Below the pieces are notes generated by a model. It was not told the DNA's origin and searched no databases. It worked only from the letters and a program-made list of their open reading frames with translations. A stretch of DNA of 64,000 nt. Origin: a virus. Position 1 is the first letter of the stretch; the number at the start of each line of letters is the position of its first letter. A program made the translations under genes and the position numbers. Shown here piece by piece: positions 56,324 to 64,000 of this stretch. Location of the stretch: UHGV virus genome UHGV-0277313. The stretch is one strand, 5' to 3'.

Positions 56324-56902
56324 TTATTTTTTCTTTTTCACACTTTTCTTTTTTGAAGAATTAGAAGCTTTAGGTGTGTTCACTTTTTGAACAACTGGTG
56401 CTTCTATATGTACTTCTTCAGGTTCACTGTCTGACTCTTCAACAATTTCTGCTTCTGTATTTTCTACATCATCAACGTCAGAAGATTCATCGATTGATAT
56501 AGAAACTTCCCCTGTTGTATCTTCAAAATCTTCTTCACATTCAGTTCCACAAGAAGCTTCTTTTTCTAATGCTTCTAGATGTTCCTGCTGTGCCATTTCA
56601 GATAGTTTATCCATAGCTTTCTGATGACTATCTTCTAAAGTCATTTTACGCTTAAATTCTTCACAAGTAACACCTTCAATATCAATTTTAACGGTACACT
56701 CTTCAGAAATAAATTTATCCAATTCTGCACGAATTTGTGTCGGTGTTTTTTCACAACCTTCAGGCAACAACTCTTTTGTAATTTTACGTAAATTACGGTA
56801 AACATATTCTTCAGAAAAAGTTCCACCATTCGGATATAGTTTCAAAACTATTGCCGCAGCTTCATTCGACAATTGACGACCATTAATAAAAACTCTATTC
56901 AT
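56324..56902 (-). CDS. Hypothetical protein with acidic C-terminal half
   Basis: Shine-Dalgarno GGAG precedes the ATG at 56902. Co-directional with and immediately downstream of tdk. Confidence 0.5.
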   Translation of the reverse strand: MNRVFINGRQLSNEAAAIVLKLYPNGGTFSEEYVYRNLRKITKELLPEGCEKTPTQIRAELDKFISEECTVKIDIEGVTCEEFKRKMTLEDSHQKAMDKLSEMAQQEHLEALEKEASCGTECEEDFEDTTGEVSISIDESSDVDDVENTEAEIVEESDSEPEEVHIEAPVVQKVNTPKASNSSKKKSVKKKK

Positions 56903-56916
56903 TTTACATTCTCCAT

Positions 56917-57540
56917 TCACTTCTTATAAACTTCATTTGCACCAATGATTCCTTGCTCTCGTAAGTGTTTTTTAAAACAACGACGACAACAGGATTCATA
57001 TTTCACATCTTTACTTTCACAACCTGCGTTGCCAGCAAGATATTTACCACCTGACACCCTAATATGGTGCGTTGCACGACGACCACAATCACAAATACCA
57101 ATTGTTTCTTCTAGTTCATCAGCGATAGCCAATAATGCGGAACTTCCTTCAAACAGATCGCCTTCGGCAGTTGTTTTCAATCCATAACACATCACTGGAA
57201 TATTTAAGTCATCAACAACATCACTTAAATAATAAATATCTTCTTTCTTACAAAATTGTGATTCATCAACGAATATGATATCGAGATTTTCAACATCAAC
57301 AAATTTAGGAAGATCTTTAAAATTACCTGAATCCAAAAATAGACATTCTGGCCCTTCTGGAATAGGCCGTGAACATGTTGAACCAAACTGACCGTGTCCA
57401 AATGCCCCATTTCTTGTATCTGTTGTTGGTTTAATAATTAAAGTCTTTTTACCTTTTTCTTTATATGAATGATTTTTACAAATCAACAAAGAACTCTTGC
57501 TGGAACCCATTGTTCCGTAGATAAAAAATAATTTAGCCAC
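56917..57540 (-). CDS. tdk: Thymidine kinase
   Basis: P-loop YGTMGSSKSSLL, IIFVDESQF, and C-terminal zinc ribbon CDCG...CRRC. Confidence 0.9.
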   Translation of the reverse strand: MAKLFFIYGTMGSSKSSLLICKNHSYKEKGKKTLIIKPTTDTRNGAFGHGQFGSTCSRPIPEGPECLFLDSGNFKDLPKFVDVENLDIIFVDESQFCKKEDIYYLSDVVDDLNIPVMCYGLKTTAEGDLFEGSSALLAIADELEETIGICDCGRRATHHIRVSGGKYLAGNAGCESKDVKYESCCRRCFKKHLREQGIIGANEVYKK

Positions 57541-57596
57541 AATTTAGCCTTTCTGGAGTGTTTGTTTAGATAAAATCAGAACTATTGAAACATCAG

Positions 57597-58241
57597 TCAA
57601 TTTTTTAAAATGACATCCAAAACTAACTGCTGATATTCCTCTAATGTACCGTTATTATACAATGTAAAATCTTCTAAACATAAACCTGCCAAAGATCTTT
57701 CAGATGCATGAACATTCTTTAATGTTTCAGGTAAATCAACTTCTTCACCTTTACTTTTAGCCACATTATACTTTTGTGCATCAATGTACCACGCTGGCAA
57801 TCCCCCTCTTTTAACCCTATAAACGATACCACCCAAATCATGAATCATTTTAACTTCATTAGGAAAGCGAACATCTGTAATTAAATAGGTACCATCATAG
57901 TCAGAGTTTGATAATCTATGTTTAACTACATATACCCAAAAAGCATTGTCGATAGTATTTCTAAAACATTCTGTCCCGATTAATTGCAAAGCAAGTCGAG
58001 GTGTAAACTCTTTTCCTAAAGCTTCAGACCAGAATTCATCTTTCGCTTCTCTAAACTGTCTTGATTCAACAGTATCTCCTTGAAGCAATTTCCTACCCCA
58101 GCCAAAAGACACAGATGCAACATCCTTAACTGCATCCCCAAAAGAAATTTTTCTAAATTTACAACTATTTTTTATTAAAGTATCAGCTGCAGTATCTTTT
58201 CCCGAACCTGCAAGTCCAGAAAAACCTATAATTTTAGTCAT
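57597..58241 (-). CDS. P-loop nucleotide kinase, T4 gp1-like deoxynucleoside monophosphate kinase
   Basis: N-terminal MTKIIGFSGLAGSGKDTAADTL resembles the dNMP kinase N-terminus. Confidence 0.6.
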   Translation of the reverse strand: MTKIIGFSGLAGSGKDTAADTLIKNSCKFRKISFGDAVKDVASVSFGWGRKLLQGDTVESRQFREAKDEFWSEALGKEFTPRLALQLIGTECFRNTIDNAFWVYVVKHRLSNSDYDGTYLITDVRFPNEVKMIHDLGGIVYRVKRGGLPAWYIDAQKYNVAKSKGEEVDLPETLKNVHASERSLAGLCLEDFTLYNNGTLEEYQQLVLDVILKN

Positions 58242-58605
58242 TATTTTTACTCGACTCTTTTAAAGTAACTCTTGCACGATAGGGTGTTTCAACAATATAA
58301 AAAGCAAAACGAGGATCGTTTCTAATCTCTTTCATGTCAAAATCCTTTTTCCAAAGCTTGTCTGTATACGGAATCGTATTCATTATAGCTTTACCTTCTT
58401 CATTTAATGAATACCCTTTATTGTCTGTAACAGTGACACAAATATCATCAAGGATAAATGTCTTTTGTTTGGGTGAAGCCTTTTTCAGCTCTTCAACCAA
58501 AGCAATTTCACAACGATCCTTATATTCCGTTAACTCTTTAATCTTTTCACGAAGACGTTTAATTGCAAATGCTTTATCACGTAAATCTTTTGTCGCTTCA
58601 AACAT
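58234..58605 (-). CDS. Hypothetical protein
   Basis: 123-aa ORF overlapping the kinase start by 8 nt. Confidence 0.45.
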   Translation of the reverse strand: MFEATKDLRDKAFAIKRLREKIKELTEYKDRCEIALVEELKKASPKQKTFILDDICVTVTDNKGYSLNEEGKAIMNTIPYTDKLWKKDFDMKEIRNDPRFAFYIVETPYRARVTLKESSKNND

Positions 58606-58774
58606 TTTTCATTCCTTTATAAAATTGCAACTTAAGAAAGTTAACATAAAACACATTTACTGTCAATTCAAATTTTAAAAATTAATTTCAAATGTCAATG
58701 AAAAAACCTACGTGACGTTCAAGAAGTTGCCTTCGATGTTCTTAAGAAAAGGTTGAATTAAAGGACTTCTTACC

Positions 58775-60526
58775 ATGGCTAGCACAGATATTGAAACCAA
58801 AACTCTTGTCATTAATAAATTAGATACAGCAAAATTAAAAGAATTACAAACAGCTGGCGAAATTAAGAATAATGAAGTTTATGTCACAACTGATCCACTT
58901 TATCATGACTTAAGCAATATCGCTCCAATGGCTGTTAGTAAAGCTTTAGTTACTAATGATAAAGGACTTATTGCTTCATCTGAAACAACCTCTGAAGAAA
59001 TTGGTTTTGTTCACGGTGTAACAAGCGGTATTCAAGAACAAATCAATACAAAAGCTAACCAAACAGAAGTCACAAATAATCTAGCTCTAAAAGCTAACAT
59101 TGAATCACCAGAACTGACTGGCAAACCTTTAGCGCCGACAGCTGATGCCGGAACTAATGATAAACAGATTGCTACTACAGAATTTGTTACAACAGCAATC
59201 AGTAATGCAACCCCTGGTGTTGATAATGTAACAATCGAATCTTTTGATAATTCTGCTGCTGCAGGTGGTTCGACACACGATATTCGTGTTAAAGACGGCG
59301 GCCTCTCTATTGGAAAATTATCATCAACTGATCTCGTTTTAAAAACTGGTGAAGTTCAAACGGGTGCTAAATTACCTTCTTATGATAAAGTAAAAGAAAT
59401 GGTTGATAATGCAACACCAGTTGTTGATTCTAAAACAATTTCATATAATGAACAAACTAAATTACAAAGTATTGGCGTTATTAACAAAAACACAAACGAC
59501 TCAATGTATCATTGGGTTGGTACACTACAAGAATATAATGCTGCTGTCGAAAATGGAACAATTAAAGAAAATTGGGTTTGCTGCATTACCGACGATTACA
59601 TTGAAGGAAAAACTTTTGCTGGTGAAATAATTCAAGTCACAAAAACTTTCGAAGAAGAAAGTAATCATATTGCTTTTACTGAAAAATGTATGACAAAAAA
59701 TTATATTTCAGTATTTCAGGATCGTATTTTTATTTACCCTGATGAATATACTTTAGACGATAATTTCTTGGGCATTACTTTCACAAAAAATATGGCTGTC
59801 GGAAGTGTTGTTACAGTCAATTACTTTAAAGGCATACCATCAACAAAAATCGATGAAGTAATTGCAATCGGTGAAAAGATTCCGACTCCAACAGAAAACG
59901 ATACATATTTGAATTATACTGACAATCAAGTATCGTGGAAAGCCAATCCATATACTAAAACAGAGGTTGATGATAAAATCACAACTGTTACAAATGCCAC
60001 ATACTCAAAAACAGAAATTGACGAAAAAATAACGAATGTTGAAAAGGCTGGCTTTGTTAAAATTTGGGCTGGTGAAACAGCTCCAGAAGGTTATTTATTA
60101 TGCGATGGTTCAGCGATTAGCAGAACAACATACTCTGCGCTATTTGCCGCAATTGGGACGTTATATGGCGTTGGGGATGGAAGTTCAACATTCAATTTAC
60201 CTAATTTTAATGACCGATATGCCATAGGTTCAAATGTGTCAGGAAAGTACATTAGTGAATGTCTTCCTAATATTACTGGTCAGTTTGTTCCTTCTCAAGG
60301 AGATAACGACTCATATGCACGTTTTGGAACAGGTAGCAATAAAATTGTAACAGGTTGTTTTTATACAGCAAACGATGTAGGCTCTGGTTCAACACTAGAT
60401 GAAACCACTGGCAATTATACAGGCGGTTCTTTACATTTTGATGCATCACACTCTTCAAGTATTTATAAAAACAATGCAAAAGTACAACCTGATTCAATAT
60501 GTGTTATTTATTGCATACGTTATTAA
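58775..60526 (+). CDS. Tail fibre protein with phage tail-collar domain. Constant N-terminal part (to ~60213) plus currently expressed C-terminal cassette A.
   Basis: TNDKQIATTEFVTTAI fibre motif. Tail-collar signature FVKIWAGETAPEGYLLCDGSAISRTTYSALFAAIGTLYGVGDGSSTFNLPNFNDRY. Ends ...ICVIYCIRY. Confidence 0.8.
   Translation: MASTDIETKTLVINKLDTAKLKELQTAGEIKNNEVYVTTDPLYHDLSNIAPMAVSKALVTNDKGLIASSETTSEEIGFVHGVTSGIQEQINTKANQTEVTNNLALKANIESPELTGKPLAPTADAGTNDKQIATTEFVTTAISNATPGVDNVTIESFDNSAAAGGSTHDIRVKDGGLSIGKLSSTDLVLKTGEVQTGAKLPSYDKVKEMVDNATPVVDSKTISYNEQTKLQSIGVINKNTNDSMYHWVGTLQEYNAAVENGTIKENWVCCITDDYIEGKTFAGEIIQVTKTFEEESNHIAFTEKCMTKNYISVFQDRIFIYPDEYTLDDNFLGITFTKNMAVGSVVTVNYFKGIPSTKIDEVIAIGEKIPTPTENDTYLNYTDNQVSWKANPYTKTEVDDKITTVTNATYSKTEIDEKITNVEKAGFVKIWAGETAPEGYLLCDGSAISRTTYSALFAAIGTLYGVGDGSSTFNLPNFNDRYAIGSNVSGKYISECLPNITGQFVPSQGDNDSYARFGTGSNKIVTGCFYTANDVGSGSTLDETTGNYTGGSLHFDASHSSSIYKNNAKVQPDSICVIYCIRY
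60187..60213 (+). repeat. Invertase crossover site 1 (AACATTCAATTTACCTAATTTTAATGA) inside the fibre gene, encoding TFNLPNFND
   Basis: Exact 27-nt inverted copy at 60800..60826. Further copies at 63115, 63395 and 63978. Confidence 0.75.
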
Positions 60527-60799
60527 TATTTTATACAGAAACAAACAACAACAGCCGATTGTTGTACAGGCACATTGTCTTTGTAGGCATTGTTTAATGT
60601 TTCAATGCGTGTGTAAACACCATCAGATGCTTTGGTATTGGAAATAGCCCCGCTATACCCTTGCGCGATGATGCTTTTGTTTCCACCGTCACCTGACCCG
60701 CCACCCCAATATGAATAGAGCGTTGATTGTGGATTCGGCAAGCTTTCCGCAAGATACGCCCCAACACCTCCACGATTTCCTCTTCCCTGCGGGATCCTG
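60523..60799 (-). CDS. Alternative tail-fibre C-terminal cassette B (silent, inverted)
   Basis: Reading from site 2 on the minus strand continues the fibre frame: FNLPNFNDRIPQGRGNRGGVGAYLAESLPNPQ...VVVCFCIKY. Confidence 0.65.
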
Positions 60800-60826
60800 T
60801 CATTAAAATTAGGTAAATTGAATGTT
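60800..60826 (-). repeat. Invertase crossover site 2 (inverted exact copy of site 1)
   Basis: The revcomp equals site 1 over 27 nt. Confidence 0.75.
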
Positions 60827-61156
60827 AGTTTTGCTGAAAATGATTGCTATTTCATTTAAAAATATCAGATTTATATAAAAACATTTGTAATTAAACCGTC
60901 TTAACAATTAATCAAATAAACACTAATACACAATAGAATTAAAATATTAAACAATATCACAAATAAAAAATTTTTATAATATTGAAAATTTTTATTTAAT
61001 ATGTGATTCTTAAATCATTAATCAACAAATTGAAAGATTGTAATAATGTCAAAACATCGAGTATACCCTTCTGCTGCTTTAAATCGTAAATACAAGAAAA
61101 ATGCTGAAAAGAAGAGGAAAGAATTTGAAAAAGTTCAAGAAGTATCAAAGAGAAAA

Positions 61157-61834
61157 GTGTATTGTTATTTACGTGTTTCAACAGATATGCAAAATGTTGA
61201 ATCGCAAAAGATTGGAGTAAAAGAATTAGCTAAACGGAAACAATTGATTGTTGATGAATATGTAATTGACGATGGCATTTCAGGAACAGTTAAAGCAGAA
61301 AATAGAAATTTAGGTAAATTGTTAAATAAATTAAAAAAGAATGACATTTTAATTTGTTCTGAACTGTCTAGACTATCACGTTCAATGGTTGAACTTTTAT
61401 CTTTATTGAACAAAGCTTTAAAAACTGGCGTTAAAATTTATTCGGTAAAAGAAAATTATGAATTAGGTGATGACATTACATCTCAAGTCATTGCATTTGC
61501 ATTTTCTTTATGTGCTGACATTGAACGAAGAATGATTAGTGCACGTACTAAAGAAGGTTTAGCGAACGCAAAGGCTAAAGGAAAAGTTTTAGGAAGACCA
61601 AAGGGGTACGTCTGTAAACATCATGTAACAGATGGCAAAAAATACAAGTATTTAAAATTAAGGCTTTTAGGTTTTTCTAAAATAAAAATAGCTAAAAGGT
61701 TCCGAATATCATATAAAACTATTCAGAATTGGGTTAAGCAAAATAAATTAGATGATTATCTAAAACATGTTAAAGTAAAGACAAACTATAAAAAGTTTGA
61801 TTTATTTGCTTTATCACTCATCAACCATATCTAA
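61157..61834 (+). CDS. Serine recombinase, Gin/Hin/Cin-type DNA invertase
   Basis: N-terminal VYCYLRVSTDMQNVESQK with catalytic Ser. Resolvase core, then C-terminal HTH KIAKRFRISYKTIQNWV. GTG start after Shine-Dalgarno AGAGAAAAG; the track ORF starts at 61046. Confidence 0.75.
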   Translation: MYCYLRVSTDMQNVESQKIGVKELAKRKQLIVDEYVIDDGISGTVKAENRNLGKLLNKLKKNDILICSELSRLSRSMVELLSLLNKALKTGVKIYSVKENYELGDDITSQVIAFAFSLCADIERRMISARTKEGLANAKAKGKVLGRPKGYVCKHHVTDGKKYKYLKLRLLGFSKIKIAKRFRISYKTIQNWVKQNKLDDYLKHVKVKTNYKKFDLFALSLINHI

Positions 61835-62188
61835 TCTTTTTTTAACTTCTGCTTTAGTCAAAAACCGTTTTATAACTCTTGAAAAGTCATCATTGTCAAC
61901 CAAATCGTTTCTTTCTAAATCATCGACCAAATATCGCCCTGCTTTACTATCTAAAAAGTCGCGAGTTAATTCTGGAGACATGTCACATTCTGATTGCAAA
62001 TGTTCAGAAACAATATTCCAATAAGTTTGCAACAATTCTTCAGGGATATCAACTTCCTTTAGTTCACCCCAAAAACCATGTTCTTCATTTTCAGTTGGGA
62101 GAATTACGAAATCAACACCTTCGTCTTTTTCTAATTCTTCCATAAAGGATTTTAAATAAATTTTGATTTGTTCTAGATCTGGTTGCAT
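61814..62188 (-). CDS. Acidic protein downstream of the fibre-like gene (possible tail-fibre assembly/chaperone)
   Basis: 124 aa. Positioned like Tfa genes, immediately 3' of 62193..63038. No recognisable motif. Confidence 0.3.
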   Translation of the reverse strand: MQPDLEQIKIYLKSFMEELEKDEGVDFVILPTENEEHGFWGELKEVDIPEELLQTYWNIVSEHLQSECDMSPELTRDFLDSKAGRYLVDDLERNDLVDNDDFSRVIKRFLTKAEVKKRLDMVDE

Positions 62189-62192
62189 TAAA

Positions 62193-63038
62193 TTAACCCC
62201 AATTTCTTAATGTGATTTTAACAGCATCTGTCCATGTAGCAACACTTCCGTCAGTAGTTAATAATTTTCCACTATTGCCTGTTTGACTAGGAATTGCATC
62301 AACTTTATCTATTGCATTCTTAACAAATGCGGTTGTTGCTATTTTTGTAGAATTGTCACCTTCTAATACTGTAGGAGCTTTAGGCTCACCAGTAAATTCA
62401 GGATTATTTAATGTTGCATAAGAAGATAGGTCGATATCGCCAGCAAGTTTATCCCAAAAACCAGCTAATTCACCAACTGGTGCAACCCATGCATAATTAT
62501 CTCCAGTATCTTTAACATTATACACATCACCTTCTGTTAAATTTTCTGAAGGTAAATCAGTTTTAGTTTCAACAGATCCTTTATAACGATATACTGACGA
62601 AATCTTGCTTGAAATCTCATCTTTTGTGAAGGCGTCTGTTATACCGTATCCTGCTAAAGTGCTGGCTTTATTAGCTTTTTCTGAATCGTAATTGTCGTAT
62701 TTAGTTACTTTATCAGCTGAAATGCCAGAATTAACAGCAATAATTTGCGTTTCATTTAACGCGTTTTGTTTGGAATCTAAATTTAAATCAACCCATGAAG
62801 CACTAGTTCCATCAGTTGTTAGAACATTTCCTGATTGATTAGTTTGATCAGGCAGTGCATCAATGCTTGAAATCGCTGTTGTAACGTATTCTGTTGTCGC
62901 AACGTTTTTGGAATTGTCTGATAATTCTTTAGTCGGTGCCTGTAATGAACCAGTAAACTCTTTATCACCAGTAATTGTTTGTGCTGTATCAATAGTTAAT
63001 AAAGTATTCGAATTTAAAGTAATCAACCCATGTGTCAT
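62193..63038 (-). CDS. Tail-fibre-like protein located inside the invertible region
   Basis: Repeats LPDQTNQSGNVLTTDGTSASW and IPSQTGNSGKLLTTDGSVATW. NSTKIATTAFVKNAI motif. Confidence 0.6.
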   Translation of the reverse strand: MTHGLITLNSNTLLTIDTAQTITGDKEFTGSLQAPTKELSDNSKNVATTEYVTTAISSIDALPDQTNQSGNVLTTDGTSASWVDLNLDSKQNALNETQIIAVNSGISADKVTKYDNYDSEKANKASTLAGYGITDAFTKDEISSKISSVYRYKGSVETKTDLPSENLTEGDVYNVKDTGDNYAWVAPVGELAGFWDKLAGDIDLSSYATLNNPEFTGEPKAPTVLEGDNSTKIATTAFVKNAIDKVDAIPSQTGNSGKLLTTDGSVATWTDAVKITLRNWG

Positions 63039-63114
63039 ATTACAAGCTCCTAATTTGAGTTATAATTAAGAACAAATTTAAAATCTTTAAACCGTAAACT
63101 TCAAAATTTAAACT

Positions 63115-63139
63115 AACATTCAATTTACCTAATTTTATA
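63115..63139 (+). repeat. Invertase crossover site 3
   Basis: AACATTCAATTTACCTAATTTTATA is identical to site 1 except for the last bases. Confidence 0.65.
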
Positions 63140-63385
63140 GGGACTTTTCTTCCTAATTCTCAACAGCAGACTGTGGCTATTTCTTCAACTGGCGAACCGC
63201 TTGTATATGTCGGTACAAAAAATATCACAACAACATTTCACAACAGAGTCGATGGGGACCCATCTTTTTCAGGAATAGTTATCGGAACAAATGCAGATAG
63301 TGGTGCTTATAAATATCAATCTGGTTTGACTGGCAACTTATCTTTATCAGGAGAATCCGGAGTTAATTACTATATTAAATATTAA
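63140..63385 (+). CDS. Alternative tail-fibre C-terminal cassette C (silent)
   Basis: In frame with the site: FNLPNFIGTFLPNSQQ...GVNYYIKY. No independent start signal. Confidence 0.5.
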   Translation, partial: GTFLPNSQQQTVAISSTGEPLVYVGTKNITTTFHNRVDGDPSFSGIVIGTNADSGAYKYQSGLTGNLSLSGESGVNYYIKY

Positions 63386-63394
63386 ATATTAACT

Positions 63395-63418
63395 TTTAAT
63401 TTACCTAATTTTAATGAT
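63395..63418 (+). repeat. Invertase crossover site 4
   Basis: TTTTAATTTACCTAATTTTAATGA. Confidence 0.65.
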
Positions 63419-63703
63419 AGAATTCCTCAAGGTAATGGTAATCGTGGTGGAGTTGGCGCACTGTTGAATGAAAGCTTGCCAAATATCAAAGGAAGCTTGG
63501 TTGATGATTTAGTTAATTCTACTCAAACTGCATCTGGTGCATTTAGCATATCAGCTATTAGATCAGATACAACAGGGGCTGCAACTGGAACTCTTAGAGT
63601 CGCCACATTAAATTTTGACGCTTCCAGCTCTTCTAACACATACAAAGACAATGCGCCAGTTCAGCAAGCGGCTGTTATTGTTTGTTTCTGTATAAAATAT
63701 TAA
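63419..63703 (+). CDS. Alternative tail-fibre C-terminal cassette D (silent)
   Basis: FNLPNFNDRIPQGNGNRGGVGALLNESLPNIKG...VIVCFCIKY. Close paralog of cassette B. Confidence 0.6.
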   Translation, partial: RIPQGNGNRGGVGALLNESLPNIKGSLVDDLVNSTQTASGAFSISAIRSDTTGAATGTLRVATLNFDASSSSNTYKDNAPVQQAAVIVCFCIKY

Positions 63704-63977
63704 TAACGTATGCAAAATATAATCGAAATATTTGCAGGAACGACAAGCGAAACATTTTTATAAATTGACGACGATTTAGACGCGTCCATCAACAATCTTG
63801 TTGGGTGTGTTTCTGGAGTTGATCCATAATATTGCTGAACAGAACTATCGGCTGTAAAACAACCCACTGTATTATATAAAATGGAGTGGTCTATATTTAC
63901 TTCACCCGTAATGTTCGGAAGTTCGCCAGCTGACGTAATACCGACTTTATGATCTGTTCTTTGCCACACCGTTTTAG
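63700..63977 (-). CDS. Alternative tail-fibre C-terminal cassette E (silent, inverted)
   Basis: Minus-strand frame from site 5 reads FNLPNFNAKTVWQRTDHKVGITSAGELPNITG...SIIFCIRY. Confidence 0.6.
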
Positions 63978-64000
63978 CATTAAAATTAGGTAAATTGAAA
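63978..64000 (-). repeat. Invertase crossover site 5 (inverted; runs to the window edge)
   Basis: CATTAAAATTAGGTAAATTGAAA is the revcomp of TTTCAATTTACCTAATTTTAATG. Confidence 0.6.

Noticed and set aside
58690-58774. ACGTGACGTTCAAGAAGTTG upstream of the main tail-fibre gene as another copy of the TCGTACGA/GAAGGTC box
   Set aside because: It resembles only the second half of the box and the palindrome core is not present. The similarity is too weak to call.
61046-61156. 37-aa N-terminal extension of the invertase (ATG 61046)
   Set aside because: Serine invertases begin within ~10 residues of the catalytic RVST motif. A GTG with a good Shine-Dalgarno sequence at 61157 gives a canonical length. 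The longer form would be Lys-rich with no homolog support.
1-64000. Giant-virus (Mimiviridae-like) origin, suggested by low GC, TnpB/Fanzor-like genes, many paralog families and collagen-like Gly-rich ORFs
   Set aside because: Bacterial sigma70 promoters, Shine-Dalgarno-dependent starts and rho-independent terminators argue against it. So do the phage tail-collar and fibre motifs, the T4 gp1-like dNMP kinase, the YopX-like protein and the Gin-type invertase. Together these indicate a bacteriophage.
1-64000. CRISPR arrays and tRNA/tmRNA genes
   Set aside because: No regularly spaced direct repeats with unique spacers were seen. I found no cloverleaf-compatible segment with a GTTCGAATC-like T-arm in the intergenic regions I scanned by eye (13.3-13.7 kb, 35.7-36.0 kb, 37.8-38.5 kb, 55.9-56.3 kb). 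A tRNA scan would still be needed.

Overview
This AT-rich window (about 30% GC) reads as bacteriophage DNA, not cellular or giant-virus DNA, and is densely coding on both strands. Evidence for a phage of a bacterial host: sigma70-type TTGACA-N17-TATAAT promoters, AGGAGG/GAGGTG Shine-Dalgarno sites and hairpin plus T-run terminators; a thymidine kinase and a T4 gene 1-like dNMP kinase; a YopX-like protein; many tail-fibre-like genes carrying phage tail-fibre repeat and tail-collar motifs. A Firmicutes-type host is likely but not established.

Main contents:
- Four RuvC-fold TnpB-type nuclease genes: two canonical IS605-OrfB-like copies with the C-terminal zinc finger, and two diverged paralogs in inverted orientation that lack the zinc finger.
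- Eleven AnSME-like radical SAM genes (Cx3Cx2C plus GGE/GGD motif plus Cys-rich C-terminus) in two arrays (20.2-23.9 kb; 45.1-55.3 kb, the latter split by a TnpB-like gene). They are associated with three IscS/NifS-like paralogs whose PLP lysine is replaced, a PP-loop ATPase, and a protein ending in a poly-Ser/Cys tail.
- A nine-member family of small proteins that differ in sequence except for an invariant C-terminal nonapeptide (h-G-x-x-x-L-[EDN]-x-[IV]-COOH).
- A family of Gly/Cys-rich proteins and a set of paralogous fibre-like proteins arranged in divergent pairs. Each shared promoter region carries two outward-facing copies of an extended palindromic motif, TCGTACGAC-TTGAAGGTC.
- At the 3' end, a tail-fibre gene with a tail-collar domain followed by a Gin/Hin-type serine invertase and at least five alternative C-terminal cassettes. 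Each cassette is bounded by the same ~25-nt crossover sequence in both orientations, which implies a multiple-inversion (Min/shufflon-like) host-range switch.
- Other recognisable genes: an intact DnaQ-like DEDDh exonuclease and a second copy missing the Exo I acidic pair, a CX5R phosphatase, an HD hydrolase, an SPFH/band-7 protein, and a GcrA-like regulator.
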